The notes below the pieces were generated by a model, which worked only from the letters and a program-made list of their open reading frames with translations, was not told the origin of the DNA and searched no databases. A DNA stretch of 31,015 bases, from positions 1-31,015 of IMG/VR virus record IMGVR_UViG_3300048892_000042. One strand, given 5' to 3'. Within the stretch, counting starts at the first letter, position 1. Every line of letters begins with the position of its first letter. This stretch comes from a virus (lineage: Duplodnaviria; Caudoviricetes). Below, piece by piece: positions 14,583 to 24,595 of the stretch. A program made the translations under genes and the position numbers.

Positions 14583-16066
14583 GACTCGACCCGCACGCCC
14601 GCCTGCGCGGCGTTGAGCGAGGCCGCCGTCCAGGCCGTGCCGGTCGCCGGGTCGGTCGGATAGAGGCTCGTCAACCAGCCATAGCTGGTGCCCGGCGCCA
14701 GCGTACCGGCGCTGCCGGCGCTGTCGGTGCCGCCCGACTTGAGCCGCAGGCTCAGCGTCTTGGCGCCGGCGTCGGACTTGGCGACGCTCGCCTTGACCGC
14801 GACCGCATAGATCGCCAGCGGTACCGCCGAGAGCGTCCCATAGCCGTACAGATCCTCGTGCCCGACCGTGGCGTCGGCGACATAGGAAAGGCCGCCCTGC
14901 ACCGGGTTCTGCGCCACCGAGAACCAGTTGGCGCCGGATGCGGTCACATTGCCGGCAATCACCGTGCTCGTCGTGTTCGCCATCGCCGGCGCGGTACCCG
15001 GCGCACCGGAGGCAAAGGTCGCGGTCGCGGTAAAGTCGTCGGCGACCGATGAGTATTGAGTTAGCCCGGCGTTAACCGCGATGTCGCACATGAACCCGAT
15101 GAAATACTGCGTGCCGGCGCTCAGCGCGACGCCGCTGGTGAGCGGCATGGTCTTCAGCGTGTTCGCCGTCGTCCCGGCCGTCGTCGAACCCGAGCCGAGC
15201 AGGGCGCCGGGCACGCCGCTGACGCTGGAATAGACGACCGGTCGCAGATTGACCGTGGCGCTCGCCGTGGCGCCGGCAACAAACGAGATCGCGGTTAGAG
15301 TGCAATTTGCCGCCGGTATCACCGAGCGCAACCGCAATTGGTTCGCCGTGATCGCTACCGAGCTGGCGGCCACCCGCGCCTGGCTGGCGCCGAGCATCGC
15401 GGCGCCGAAGGCGAACTGCACCGCGGCATCCGAACTCGGCAACTGCGTCTCGATGCGCGGCGAAGTCAGCAGCGCGGCGTTGTTGACGGTGCCGGTCGCG
15501 TCGAACAGGTAGAGGTCATCCCATGTCACGGTCGGGTTATTGAGTGAGAACCCATTCGCGGTGTTGTTAGCGGTTGCCGTGGTGTCGCCAGAGCCCGACA
15601 AGATCGACACGCCGTCGAGCCAGAGTTGATAGGCGGCGGCGTTGCCGAATGCGATATCCCATTCCAAGTAGTGCACGGTGTTTGCCGTGACCGATGCGGC
15701 ACTCGTACCCAACACGGTGCCGGAAAGATAATTGCCATTCCGCAGCGTGAAGGTGCCTGTCGTGTTAAACTGAATTCCGCACTGGTTCGTAGCGCCGTCG
15801 AGAAACTGGATGCCAGCCGACCCAGCAAGCGTGGCGCTGAACCGCACGCCGCCGATGAGCCGAGCCGCCGAGGCGGCCAGGGTCTTTGTAAGAACGAAAC
15901 CTGTCCCGCCCGCGAGGCCATAGCCCGTGGCACTCAAGCCGGCCACAAGAGCGTTGGCGGCGCCTGCCGCGCTCGTCCACTCGCCCGCCGTCAGCAATGC
16001 GTTGACCGAAGTCGAGTTGCTGTTCGGCCCGCCAAACTTGTCAAAACCCTCCATGAAAAGCAGCAC
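14579..16066 (-). CDS. Virion fibre/receptor-binding-type beta-rich protein
   Basis: MLLFMEGFD N-terminus, lectin-like HYLEW...DDLY, C-terminal TDPATG.AWT...N..QAG; sits among fibre genes. Confidence 0.7.
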   Translation of the reverse strand: MLLFMEGFDKFGGPNSNSTSVNALLTAGEWTSAAGAANALVAGLSATGYGLAGGTGFVLTKTLAASAARLIGGVRFSATLAGSAGIQFLDGATNQCGIQFNTTGTFTLRNGNYLSGTVLGTSAASVTANTVHYLEWDIAFGNAAAYQLWLDGVSILSGSGDTTATANNTANGFSLNNPTVTWDDLYLFDATGTVNNAALLTSPRIETQLPSSDAAVQFAFGAAMLGASQARVAASSVAITANQLRLRSVIPAANCTLTAISFVAGATASATVNLRPVVYSSVSGVPGALLGSGSTTAGTTANTLKTMPLTSGVALSAGTQYFIGFMCDIAVNAGLTQYSSVADDFTATATFASGAPGTAPAMANTTSTVIAGNVTASGANWFSVAQNPVQGGLSYVADATVGHEDLYGYGTLSAVPLAIYAVAVKASVAKSDAGAKTLSLRLKSGGTDSAGSAGTLAPGTSYGWLTSLYPTDPATGTAWTAASLNAAQAGVRVES

Positions 16067-16068
16067 GG

Positions 16069-18321
16069 CTACGTCTCCTGCGCCACCAGCGTGACGTAAA
16101 CATTGGCCAGCGTCGCATCCGCCGTAGCCGGGCCTTGCAACCGGATCACATCACCCTGCGCCACGCTGACGGCGGCGCCACCGGCCGTGGCAAAGGTCGG
16201 CGAGATGCCGGACGCGGCGATCGTGATCGTGCCGATCTGCGAGAAGGTGTTAGGGCTCGCCGCCAGCGCCCGATCGACCGAAATGACCGTGCTCGCGGTG
16301 GCGTTTGCCGTCGCGCCGGCCTGGCTGGTATGCCCGAGCACCGCACCGAACCCGGCCGGGATGGTGATCGCCTTGGAGACCTTGTGCAATCCGAGAAGCT
16401 GCGACGCGCCCAGCACGCCGCCGGTATAGCTGAACCCGATATTGTATTTCGCCGGGACGAGGGCTGGCGTTGGCGGGCTGTTGGCGACGACCCATTGGCT
16501 CGAACTGCCGTCGTTGTAATAGATGAAGAGCTGCCCCGAGAGGCTGTCCCACCACAGATTGCCGGCGGTGGGAGAGCCCGGCGGCGTGTCGCTGATGGTG
16601 ATGCTGGTGCCGCCGCCGCCACTGGATGCGGCCCAGCTCGGGTCGGTCGCGGTGCCGCCGGTGGTCAGCACCTGGCCGGCGGTGCCGGCCGGCAATGCGG
16701 CCCAGCCGGTCGCGCCGCGGTAGAGGATCATCCCGCGGGTCGAGCCGAACACCGCGTCGATGACGCTGGTCAGCGCCACGCCAACCGGCGCCGCGGTCGA
16801 GCCGCTGATATTGCCAAGAATGAGATTGTTGGCGATCGGTGCGGCGGCCGCGGCATTGGCCCAGGCGGGGTTGGCCGACGCGCCGCCGGTGGTCAATATC
16901 TGCCCGTTGGTGCCGGGGGCGAGCGCCACCCAGGCGGTGCCGCTGCGGTAGATGACCGCGCCTTGCGCCGCCGACAGCGCGCTGTCGAGCAGTTGCGAGA
17001 CCGTCACGGCCGCAGGCGCCGCGCTCGCGCCGCTGATATTGGCGAGCAGGTTCTTGTCGGCGACCGACGCCAGCGAGATTGTCCCGGCGCCGGTGATCGG
17101 CCCGCCGGTGAGGCCGGCGCCGGTGGCGATCGAGGTCACCGTGCCGCCGCCGGCTGGTGCGTCCCAGGTTACGTCGGCGCCGCTGCCGTTGGTCCGCAGG
17201 AAGTAGCCGTTGGTGCCCGGCGCGAGCCCGGCCCAGCCGGCGATCGTGCGGGTGAAGACGGTGCCGCGGGCATTCGAGACGACGGCATCGAACAGCGCGG
17301 TCAGCGACATGGCGACTGGCGGCGCCGAAGCGCCGCTGGTGTTCGCCATGAGCGTCCGGTCGGCAACCGGCGCCAGCGCGATGATGCCGGTGGCGACGAT
17401 GGTGTCCGGCTGGGTATCGATCCCGGCACCGGCGGTGAGCGAGGTGACGCCGGCGCTTCCGGCCGCCCATGTCGGGTCAGCGCCCGGCCCGGCAGTGCGC
17501 AGGAACAGGCCGGCCGTTCCCGGTGCCAGCGGCAGCCAGCCGGCGCCGCCGCGATAGAGCAATGCGCCACGCGCGGGCGCACTTAGTGCAGCGTCGAGGA
17601 ACGCCGAGAGCGTGTTCGCGACCGGCGCGGCCGAGCCGGGCTGCGCGTTCGAGATCATCGTCGCGGCCGGGATCGGCGTGGCGGTGCCGCTCACCACCGC
17701 GTCGACGTAGGACTTCGTGGCGGCGTCGTTATCATCGACCGGGTGCGGCAGGCCGGTGATGAAGCCGCCGGTGATGTTGACCAGCGACGATGGCTGGTAG
17801 GCCATGTCTTCGAGGTGGAGGTTCTCCCACTTCGAGGTCGTGCTGTTCCAGATCAGCGCGTCGCCGTCCTGGAGGTTTTGCAGCACGACATCGGGCAATT
17901 GCGACAGGCTGGCATCGGCCGAGCCGAAAATCTGCATCAGCGCCGGGTTGCCGCCGACCTCGATGTTCGGGTCGAAGACATCGCCCGAGACGTGATCCAA
18001 CTGCACCAGGTAGATGCCCTGGTCGGTGACCTTGAAGACATCCAACTGCACGTAGGGCGTCTGCGGCTGCCACTCGTCGCGCCAGCGCATGACGAGCACC
18101 GGGATCGTGTACGGCCCCATGACGCTGCCATCGGTCAGCGTGATGGTCATCTGGGTGCCGCTGATCGTGATCGACTGAATCCCGGTCGGCAGCGCCGGAT
18201 TGTCTTGCAGGTTCAGTATCTCGGTGGCGACCGACCAAAAGTTGGCGTCGACCTCCGCGGCCTGGAGGTTGGCGCCTTTGCCAGGCCCCCAAGCGCCGTC
18301 AGTGCGAAAGGTCAGATCCAC
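16069..18321 (-). CDS. Long tail fibre with four ~60-aa repeats
   Basis: N-terminal WG.GKG.NL.AAEVDANF anchor, DAATKSYVD, four RG..LYR...W..L.PGT.G..L.T...P.W repeats. Confidence 0.85.
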   Translation of the reverse strand: MDLTFRTDGAWGPGKGANLQAAEVDANFWSVATEILNLQDNPALPTGIQSITISGTQMTITLTDGSVMGPYTIPVLVMRWRDEWQPQTPYVQLDVFKVTDQGIYLVQLDHVSGDVFDPNIEVGGNPALMQIFGSADASLSQLPDVVLQNLQDGDALIWNSTTSKWENLHLEDMAYQPSSLVNITGGFITGLPHPVDDNDAATKSYVDAVVSGTATPIPAATMISNAQPGSAAPVANTLSAFLDAALSAPARGALLYRGGAGWLPLAPGTAGLFLRTAGPGADPTWAAGSAGVTSLTAGAGIDTQPDTIVATGIIALAPVADRTLMANTSGASAPPVAMSLTALFDAVVSNARGTVFTRTIAGWAGLAPGTNGYFLRTNGSGADVTWDAPAGGGTVTSIATGAGLTGGPITGAGTISLASVADKNLLANISGASAAPAAVTVSQLLDSALSAAQGAVIYRSGTAWVALAPGTNGQILTTGGASANPAWANAAAAAPIANNLILGNISGSTAAPVGVALTSVIDAVFGSTRGMILYRGATGWAALPAGTAGQVLTTGGTATDPSWAASSGGGGTSITISDTPPGSPTAGNLWWDSLSGQLFIYYNDGSSSQWVVANSPPTPALVPAKYNIGFSYTGGVLGASQLLGLHKVSKAITIPAGFGAVLGHTSQAGATANATASTVISVDRALAASPNTFSQIGTITIAASGISPTFATAGGAAVSVAQGDVIRLQGPATADATLANVYVTLVAQET

Positions 18322-18324
18322 TGG

Positions 18325-19134
18325 CTAAACCTCAAGGCGCTGCGGAACGATCAGTGGCGGCGGCAGACGCGGCTCGGCGCGACGGCGAGCACCCAGCGGC
18401 GGCCTTACCGGCTCGTCGGTGCTGCCGGGCGCGGGATACACCACCAGCGTGCGTGGATCGAAAAACGTGCCCCACCCCGCCGGCTGCGGCGGGGCCATCG
18501 CCATCAATTCACCCGGGCTTGCGTCGAAGCCCGGCCAATAGCCCGGTGTCTCGAACTTGTTGCAGCCACTGGCGCCCGGCTTCGGGCAACAATGCGCCTG
18601 CACGACCAGCGGTGGATCGGCGGCGTAGATACCCCCACTCCCATTTTCAACAGTGAAAGCCGGCGGGTACACTTCACCCTCACGCTGAGACTGGATTTCG
18701 ATCGATCCAGTAGCTACCTGATCCGGCGCAGCGTTGTGTCCGGTAAAGACCTGGATATTCACGTTGCGGAATTCTTTGAATACAGCACCCGCCGCATAAT
18801 CCGCTCCCGTAACCGTCCAACTGCTCGGCTGCGACCAGATATAAGGCAACGACCCATTGAGAAAGTAGTTATAGTATTCCATCTGGTTAAAATAGTTGTA
18901 CGGTTTGGTGGGCAGGTGCCCCGGGCTGGCATCGGGATGCTGCTGATATAACCAATAACCATCCAATATGTAGACGCCGGTTGAGCCGACAAATGAACCA
19001 CTGTGGCCGTTGATAAACGCGCCGCAGGTCTGGCGAAAGTCGGTCGGGTCGCCGGGATCGTTGGGATCGTCCGGCTTTTTCTTCCAGTTTACGTTGACCA
19101 CCGGATCGGTGGGGAACTCGACATAGAACGGCAT
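18325..19134 (-). CDS. Tail-tip-associated hypothetical protein
   Basis: 269 aa in tail operon; N-terminal VVNVNW, aromatic-rich centre. Confidence 0.6.
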   Translation of the reverse strand: MPFYVEFPTDPVVNVNWKKKPDDPNDPGDPTDFRQTCGAFINGHSGSFVGSTGVYILDGYWLYQQHPDASPGHLPTKPYNYFNQMEYYNYFLNGSLPYIWSQPSSWTVTGADYAAGAVFKEFRNVNIQVFTGHNAAPDQVATGSIEIQSQREGEVYPPAFTVENGSGGIYAADPPLVVQAHCCPKPGASGCNKFETPGYWPGFDASPGELMAMAPPQPAGWGTFFDPRTLVVYPAPGSTDEPVRPPLGARRRAEPRLPPPLIVPQRLEV

Positions 19135-19137
19135 GGC

Positions 19138-19578
19138 TCAGGCGGTGCCGGTGGTGTTGTTGTTCAGCTTCATCGTGACGGCGCACTTCTGCACGTCGTT
19201 GAGGGCCTGGGCCTTGAACTCTGACGGCCGGAAGTCGCCGGCGTCGGCGTAATCGGTCTGCCCTGCACTGGCGGGGTCTTTCTTCCAGTTCTCCTCCTGC
19301 TTATCGAGGTAGAGCTTGTCGGCGCGGTTCACGTCGATCCAGTTCTCGGGGTCATTGCCGTAGATCCTCGTTGTTGAACTGTCACGCCGCAATTCAATGC
19401 TGTCCTCTTTGCAGGTTGCTATCTGGAAGCCCGTGGTGATGAATTGCGTATCGGGCAGCGTCGCTTCGCCGCCCCAGGTGATGATCGCCCGCTCCTCGGT
19501 CTCTTTCGGGTTGGACGAGATAATGATGGTGCCGTGCGCGTTCGGCTGCTGGAACGGCCGGACGATGTATTCGAGCAT
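19138..19578 (-). CDS. Tail-tip-associated hypothetical protein
   Basis: MLEYIVRPFQ..., tightly packed in tail operon. Confidence 0.6.
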   Translation of the reverse strand: MLEYIVRPFQQPNAHGTIIISSNPKETEERAIITWGGEATLPDTQFITTGFQIATCKEDSIELRRDSSTTRIYGNDPENWIDVNRADKLYLDKQEENWKKDPASAGQTDYADAGDFRPSEFKAQALNDVQKCAVTMKLNNNTTGTA

Positions 19579-19581
19579 TGG

Positions 19582-21768
19582 CTAGGCTCCGGGCGGCGGC
19601 GCGCGCAGATCGATCGTCTGCGGTATCGCCAGCAGGCTCACGGCCGGCAGGAAGTCGGTGTGGTACTCGGCGCCGGTCACCGGCACGAGTTCGAGCGTCA
19701 CGGTGGACACCATCTTTTTCACGGCGTCATAGGGATCGGACAACCCGGCCATCGGCATCGAGACGTTCTGGAACTTGCCAAGTTCGGCGAGCTGGGTGGT
19801 CATGCCGTGCGTCACGGTGCAGCTTTTGACGACGGCCGCGGTGGTCATGTGCTGCAAGCGGAGCCCGTCGTCGACGACCTCGAACTGATCGAGGGTCTGA
19901 TAGGCAAGCTCGTCGGTCAGGAACATGCGCTGGCTACCGGCGATCACCTGGTAGCCGTCGTCGACATAGCCGTCGTCGACATAGGCGTTGATCCCGGTGG
20001 CAGCGGTCGCGGCGATGCCGGTGCCGACACTGCACCCCATCGTGAACTCGCCCCACATGCCGTCTTCGCCGACCGTGATGCGGTACTGCTTCACCTTGCC
20101 GATAGCCGAGCCGCCCGGGATGCGGCGATCGAACAGCGCCACCGAATGCCGCAACGAGATCGCGATGGCATTCGCGAAGTCGACGCCAAAGGTGATCTCG
20201 ACTGCCCGCGCACGCGCCCGCAGCTTGGCACGCGCCGCCAGCAGCAGGTATTCGAAACTCCCAGCACCGCGGTCGGTTTGCAGATAGGTGCGCGCCTCGG
20301 GGCCGCCGATCGGAATGCCGCCGCCCGGGTCGATCGCCTCGGCCACCTTGTCGGACGAGTAGGCGATCTCTTCGCTGCTGTCGGTGCCGGTGTTCTCCGA
20401 GACGTCGAGCACGTCCGCGACCATAACCGCGCGGACGGTCTCGGTACGCTTCCGGCTGGCTTGGTAATGCACCACCATGCGGATGTGGTAGGCGTTGAGC
20501 GCGAAGCTCCAGGTCCAGGTGCCGTGATTGATGAATGCGGTAAAGTCGGTCTGCTCTTCGGGCGGCGCGTTCGGATCGTTGGTCAGGTCTTTTGGCGGCG
20601 GCCCGATATAGGAAACGTTGTACGAGTAAGGCCGCAGCCAGCCGATCGGCGAGGTGGCGTCGAGCATGAAGGATAGCGGCTTGCCGTCGTCGCCGTTGCC
20701 GGGCGCCACTTCCCAGCCGCCGCCGATGCTGGTGCCCGGCTGCGGCCAGCCGGATTTGAGCGAGGTGCCGTTGAACGTGTAGATGACCGCGCCGCCGGTC
20801 AGCATCGCATGCCAGCGGGTCATCGTGATGCGGGTGATGATATTGCTCGGGTTGCCGGCGGCCCCGAAGGCCGAGACCAGCGGCCCGGTCACATCGACGA
20901 AGCCCTCGCCGGTCTGCTCCCACTCGACGGTCCCGGACACCGAGACTTGCCGCAGCGGCCCGCCGTCGCCGAAGGCCATCGAGAAATTGTCGTAGAACGC
21001 CTGGTCTTCGCCGACCGTCCAGGTGCCGGCCTCGCCCTCGATGATATCGCTGGCGGTGACCTCAAGCGTCGTCCGGTCGGTGTGCCACAGGGCGGAGTAT
21101 GTCTCCAGCACCGTGTCGGGATTGTCCTGCTGCGTCGCCAGCCACACCGGGTCCCAGAACGGCAGCACCTTCATGTCCTCGGCGAGCGCGAGCTTCTGTT
21201 GGTTGTAGTCGTCGGGCCGCGCGAGGAACTGCAACAGCATGACCTCGGCGGCGGCCAGCCGCGGCGTGCCGATCAGCCGGCCGTTGAACAGCGGCACCGG
21301 GTCCGGATCCCCGGCGATCGAGAGCCAGCACCACAGATTGCGCCCGGTCGCGAGCAGCCCAGCGCCGGTATTCTTCACGTCGACCGTCAGCGTCGCGAAG
21401 TCGCCCTCGCTCTGGCTGATCTCAAAGCCGAGCACGTCCTCGTCGAAGCGAAGGTGCGCCACCGGATCGAACGGCTCGTTTTCGGCGCGCGGCCCGGTGA
21501 AGGTCAGCAGCGCCGCGTCCATCGTCGCGGTCGGCGCCTGGTCGAGATCGATCGAGGTGGCGCCCAGGTCCGGCGCGATAAACGTGGTGCCGCTCGGAAT
21601 GCTGTTGCCGGTGGCGTTGTACAGCAGGCCCGGCGTCAGCGCCGCGAGCGCCTCAGTGGGAATGCCGGTAACGGTGAGGTCGGCTTCCGCGACGTTGCCG
21701 GTCGTGATGACCGTGATCGGATCGACGATCGTGCCGCCGACCCACGCAAAGTAGAACGGCCCCGGCAC
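19582..21768 (-). CDS. Tail tip/baseplate hub protein
   Basis: 728 aa, two genes after TMP; FYFAWV, EGDFATL, PLFNGRL, LARP.D motifs. Confidence 0.75.
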   Translation of the reverse strand: MPGPFYFAWVGGTIVDPITVITTGNVAEADLTVTGIPTEALAALTPGLLYNATGNSIPSGTTFIAPDLGATSIDLDQAPTATMDAALLTFTGPRAENEPFDPVAHLRFDEDVLGFEISQSEGDFATLTVDVKNTGAGLLATGRNLWCWLSIAGDPDPVPLFNGRLIGTPRLAAAEVMLLQFLARPDDYNQQKLALAEDMKVLPFWDPVWLATQQDNPDTVLETYSALWHTDRTTLEVTASDIIEGEAGTWTVGEDQAFYDNFSMAFGDGGPLRQVSVSGTVEWEQTGEGFVDVTGPLVSAFGAAGNPSNIITRITMTRWHAMLTGGAVIYTFNGTSLKSGWPQPGTSIGGGWEVAPGNGDDGKPLSFMLDATSPIGWLRPYSYNVSYIGPPPKDLTNDPNAPPEEQTDFTAFINHGTWTWSFALNAYHIRMVVHYQASRKRTETVRAVMVADVLDVSENTGTDSSEEIAYSSDKVAEAIDPGGGIPIGGPEARTYLQTDRGAGSFEYLLLAARAKLRARARAVEITFGVDFANAIAISLRHSVALFDRRIPGGSAIGKVKQYRITVGEDGMWGEFTMGCSVGTGIAATAATGINAYVDDGYVDDGYQVIAGSQRMFLTDELAYQTLDQFEVVDDGLRLQHMTTAAVVKSCTVTHGMTTQLAELGKFQNVSMPMAGLSDPYDAVKKMVSTVTLELVPVTGAEYHTDFLPAVSLLAIPQTIDLRAPPPGA

Positions 21769-22233
21769 TCAGACTTCCTCCAGCGTCATCGACCAGGAGA
21801 CCGAGGCTCCCCACTCGTCGCGGCTGGTTTCCAACTCGACTATCAGCATGACTAATTGCGGCCGATAGTACGTATAGTCGCCGTCGACCCAATCGCTGCC
21901 GGGCACCATCGGGCGCGAGGCGGACCCGCCGGCCGTCAGGAACGCCAACTCGACGTGGCAATCCACGTTCGCCTGCATGCCGACCCAGAGCCCGTCGAGC
22001 GCCGCCGGCGCCACGTCCTCGCCTTGCACTTCGAGCCGGTATTTCCACATCTGCGGTGCGGCGATGCTGATCAACGTGCCGTTAACGGTGCGGCGCAATT
22101 TGTCGATGCCTTGTGCGGCATCGATCGGTCGGAGCGTGCCTTTAAGGCCGCGCGCCGAGAACGGGTTGACGCCGGGCGCGCCGGTCCCGGTGTCGACCAC
22201 GATATCGAATGCGGTCGGTAGCGGCGCGATCAT
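21769..22233 (-). CDS. Distal tail protein
   Basis: Directly after TMP (ATGA overlap at 22233); LRRTVNG.L, W.M.LEEV end. Confidence 0.7.
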   Translation of the reverse strand: MIAPLPTAFDIVVDTGTGAPGVNPFSARGLKGTLRPIDAAQGIDKLRRTVNGTLISIAAPQMWKYRLEVQGEDVAPAALDGLWVGMQANVDCHVELAFLTAGGSASRPMVPGSDWVDGDYTYYRPQLVMLIVELETSRDEWGASVSWSMTLEEV

Positions 22234-23984
22234 CCCGAGACGCGCCCGCCATACCACGACGGCTTGAGCCCGCCCGACCGCATCCGCTGCCGGCTGGCCT
22301 CCGTGACCAACGCATCGACGACGTTGCTGGCGCCGGACAGCGCGAACTCGCTGCCGCCCAGATGCAAATGCACTGCCCGCCCGGTGCCACCGCCGGCCGC
22401 GACGAGGCCGCCATCCGCGAAGCGGTGGCCGACCAGGCCGCCCGCCGCAAAACCGGCGAACGGGTTGCGCATCGCGTTCATCGCCGCCATGAAGTCGGGC
22501 CCCCAGGCACGCACCGCAGCGGCGCGCATGACGAATTCGCCATCGGACAGGCGAGCCATAATGCTGTCGCTGGTCGCCGTGCCGGGTCCGTTTACCATGC
22601 CGCCCGCGGCGAATTGCGGACCCATTATTGGAGGGGTGAGGCCGGGCGTGGCGTTGCTCAGGCTATTCGCGACGCTCTGTGCGCCGGCCTGTATGCTGGA
22701 CCACAGAGCGGCGAAGCTATTGGAGATTTGCTGGGTCAGGCTATCAAAAAACTGCGGTAACTGACTCCAATCGGTCATGATCTGGTCGGCAGCATTTGTC
22801 TTGCTGATCTCGTCGCCGGCGAGCTGCACCTCCCGCAATCCTTTGGCATAGCTGGCGGCGGCTTGCAGCGCGGCGGCTTGGGCCTCGGTGGCCGCTTTAT
22901 TTGTCTCGCCCAATGACAGGAGCGTCGCGGCGGCGGCTTCCTGTTTTGCTTGCTCCAATTTGACTTCGGCCTGCCGTTGCTCCTCTGCCTTTTGGATGTT
23001 TGCATCGGTGGCGCCACGCTGGCTGTCGGCGAGTTCCTTTGTCTTTTTATCGAGCCCGTCGAGTTCAGCCGTGGCGGCCTTTACTGCCTTGTCCATCGGC
23101 AGGCCGACGAGCGCTTGCGACACCGAATTCAATTGCTCGATTGAGCGACCGGCATTCGCCGCGTTCTTGTTGTAGCTGACGAGCGCCTGGTCAAAGGCGC
23201 GCAGTCGCTCCTCGGGTTTGAGTCGCATAAATGCATCGGTATTGATGCCGATCTCTTTCAGGGCGTCCGAAAAATCGCGGATGACGGGAACGCCGCCCCT
23301 GAACGTTTGAACTGTGCGCTCGGCGAAGGCCTGCACATTTTGCATGTGGCCGGCGGCCTCTTCGGCAGCGCCTGCTTCGCCGGGGCCGCGCCCCTGCATT
23401 TGTCTGACGCCCCGGAAAACATCCTGCCGGCCCGTCGCCGTCATCAGCTTGGTGATCGCGTCGCTGCGGGCTTGTTGAAACTTGGTGGCGTCCGCGTCGC
23501 TCAGGCCGGCTTGTCTTAAAAGCTCTTGCGTGGCTTGCGTGGCGATCGGTTTACGGCCGATCTCGGAACTGAGGTCTTTAATCTTTTCGAGTTGATCGAC
23601 GGCGCTTTTGATTGCATCGCCTATAGCATTGATGCCCTTAACCGCGGCGAATGCGATAAGGCCGGCTCGGGCGCCGGCAAGGCTGCGGCCAATGCCGAGC
23701 ACCGCCTGATCGAGCGAGCGGAAGGAACGCGCGCTGAGCCCGATCTGTCGGCTCGTGGCTGCCGTAACCGCACCCGTCTCGGCGATGGTCTGGTTCAGCC
23801 CCCGCATGTTGCTGCGCAACACGCCGATCTGGTCGGTGTATTGGGTGACGGCCGCGGTGTCGCCTCGATCAAAAGCTTTTTTGGCTTCCCTCGATAAGCT
23901 TCTGATTTGGAGTTTTGTGTGCTCGACGGCGGCATCCAGCTTGCTGGTGTCGGCGCCAAATTGAAGGGTTAGGTTATCAGGCAC
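22230..23984 (-). CDS. Tape measure protein
   Basis: 584 aa Ala-rich helical; C-terminal FAAGG.V.GPGT.TSDSI.ARLS.GEFV. Confidence 0.9.
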   Translation of the reverse strand: MPDNLTLQFGADTSKLDAAVEHTKLQIRSLSREAKKAFDRGDTAAVTQYTDQIGVLRSNMRGLNQTIAETGAVTAATSRQIGLSARSFRSLDQAVLGIGRSLAGARAGLIAFAAVKGINAIGDAIKSAVDQLEKIKDLSSEIGRKPIATQATQELLRQAGLSDADATKFQQARSDAITKLMTATGRQDVFRGVRQMQGRGPGEAGAAEEAAGHMQNVQAFAERTVQTFRGGVPVIRDFSDALKEIGINTDAFMRLKPEERLRAFDQALVSYNKNAANAGRSIEQLNSVSQALVGLPMDKAVKAATAELDGLDKKTKELADSQRGATDANIQKAEEQRQAEVKLEQAKQEAAAATLLSLGETNKAATEAQAAALQAAASYAKGLREVQLAGDEISKTNAADQIMTDWSQLPQFFDSLTQQISNSFAALWSSIQAGAQSVANSLSNATPGLTPPIMGPQFAAGGMVNGPGTATSDSIMARLSDGEFVMRAAAVRAWGPDFMAAMNAMRNPFAGFAAGGLVGHRFADGGLVAAGGGTGRAVHLHLGGSEFALSGASNVVDALVTEASRQRMRSGGLKPSWYGGRVSG

Positions 23985-24253
23985 TTACCGTTCCAATTCC
24001 CTGAGTGTTTCCTTCAACGCCTGCGGCTCGCCGCGCGCCGCCAGCGCGCCTATGTGCAATTGCTCGGCAAGTTCGGAGCGTTTGCGGGAGAGCCCGAGTG
24101 ACGCCCACGCCATCGCCTGTCTCGGCGTGTATTCCCAAACCGCGGTCGATGGATGCCCCCACGCCATCAGTTGCTCAATTGTGTTGGCAAGGTCCGATCC
24201 AGCCCGTCGACGACTACCGCGGCGGCGGCGCCGGGCTCGGCGGCTGTCGGTAA
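23985..24253 (-). CDS. Tail assembly chaperone -1 frame extension (gpT-like)
   Basis: The -1 frame after the slippery site is open and reads TDSRAR...IEQLMAWGHPSTAVWEYTPRQ. Confidence 0.75.
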
Positions 24254-24592
24254 AGGGGCGACATCGGCTTTCGGGAATGTCAGCGCGACCGCTGCGAGGG
24301 CGAGCGCGGTTACGTCGGTGCTCGGAAACTTCTCGATATGCTTTTCGTATTCGGTGTCGCCAGCATGGCCTAGTGCGGCGGCGATCAACGCAGCCAGCGC
24401 ATCGGGGTCGCGCATGATGCTGCCGCCGCCGCCTTCAAGCACCTGCGCGAATTCGGGGAAGCGCTTGCCTATATCCGCCAGCACCCGCAGCGAAACGCCG
24501 GTCAACGCGAGTTCTACCGGCCCGGTCATCGTCTCGATGGTGACGGTCGCGCTCGGCGGCTTCGGTACGAGATCGAGAAAGCTGACCGGCAT
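24167..24592 (-). CDS. Tail assembly chaperone (gpG-like)
   Basis: Between tail tube and TMP; contains slippery heptamer. Confidence 0.8.
   Translation of the reverse strand: MPVSFLDLVPKPPSATVTIETMTGPVELALTGVSLRVLADIGKRFPEFAQVLEGGGGSIMRDPDALAALIAAALGHAGDTEYEKHIEKFPSTDVTALALAAVALTFPKADVAPLPTAAEPGAAAAVVVDGLDRTLPTQLSN
24251..24257 (-). other. -1 ribosomal frameshift heptamer C CCT TTA
   Basis: X XXY YYZ in frame with the chaperone ORF. Confidence 0.8.
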
Positions 24593-24595
24593 AGG

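Noticed and set aside
16135-18951. Long plus-strand ORFs (483 aa, 402 aa) and similar ones at 4432-5439, 19444-20676, 20809-21855
   Set aside because: Antisense shadows of real genes, expected at high GC; no recognisable motifs
13385-19134. Diversity-generating retroelement or invertible fibre cassette
   Set aside because: No reverse transcriptase or invertase, and no TR/VR-like near-identical repeat was visible by eye
19950-19985. 15-bp tandem repeat encoding YVDDG twice
   Set aside because: Small in-frame protein repeat with no sign of regulatory or phase-variable role
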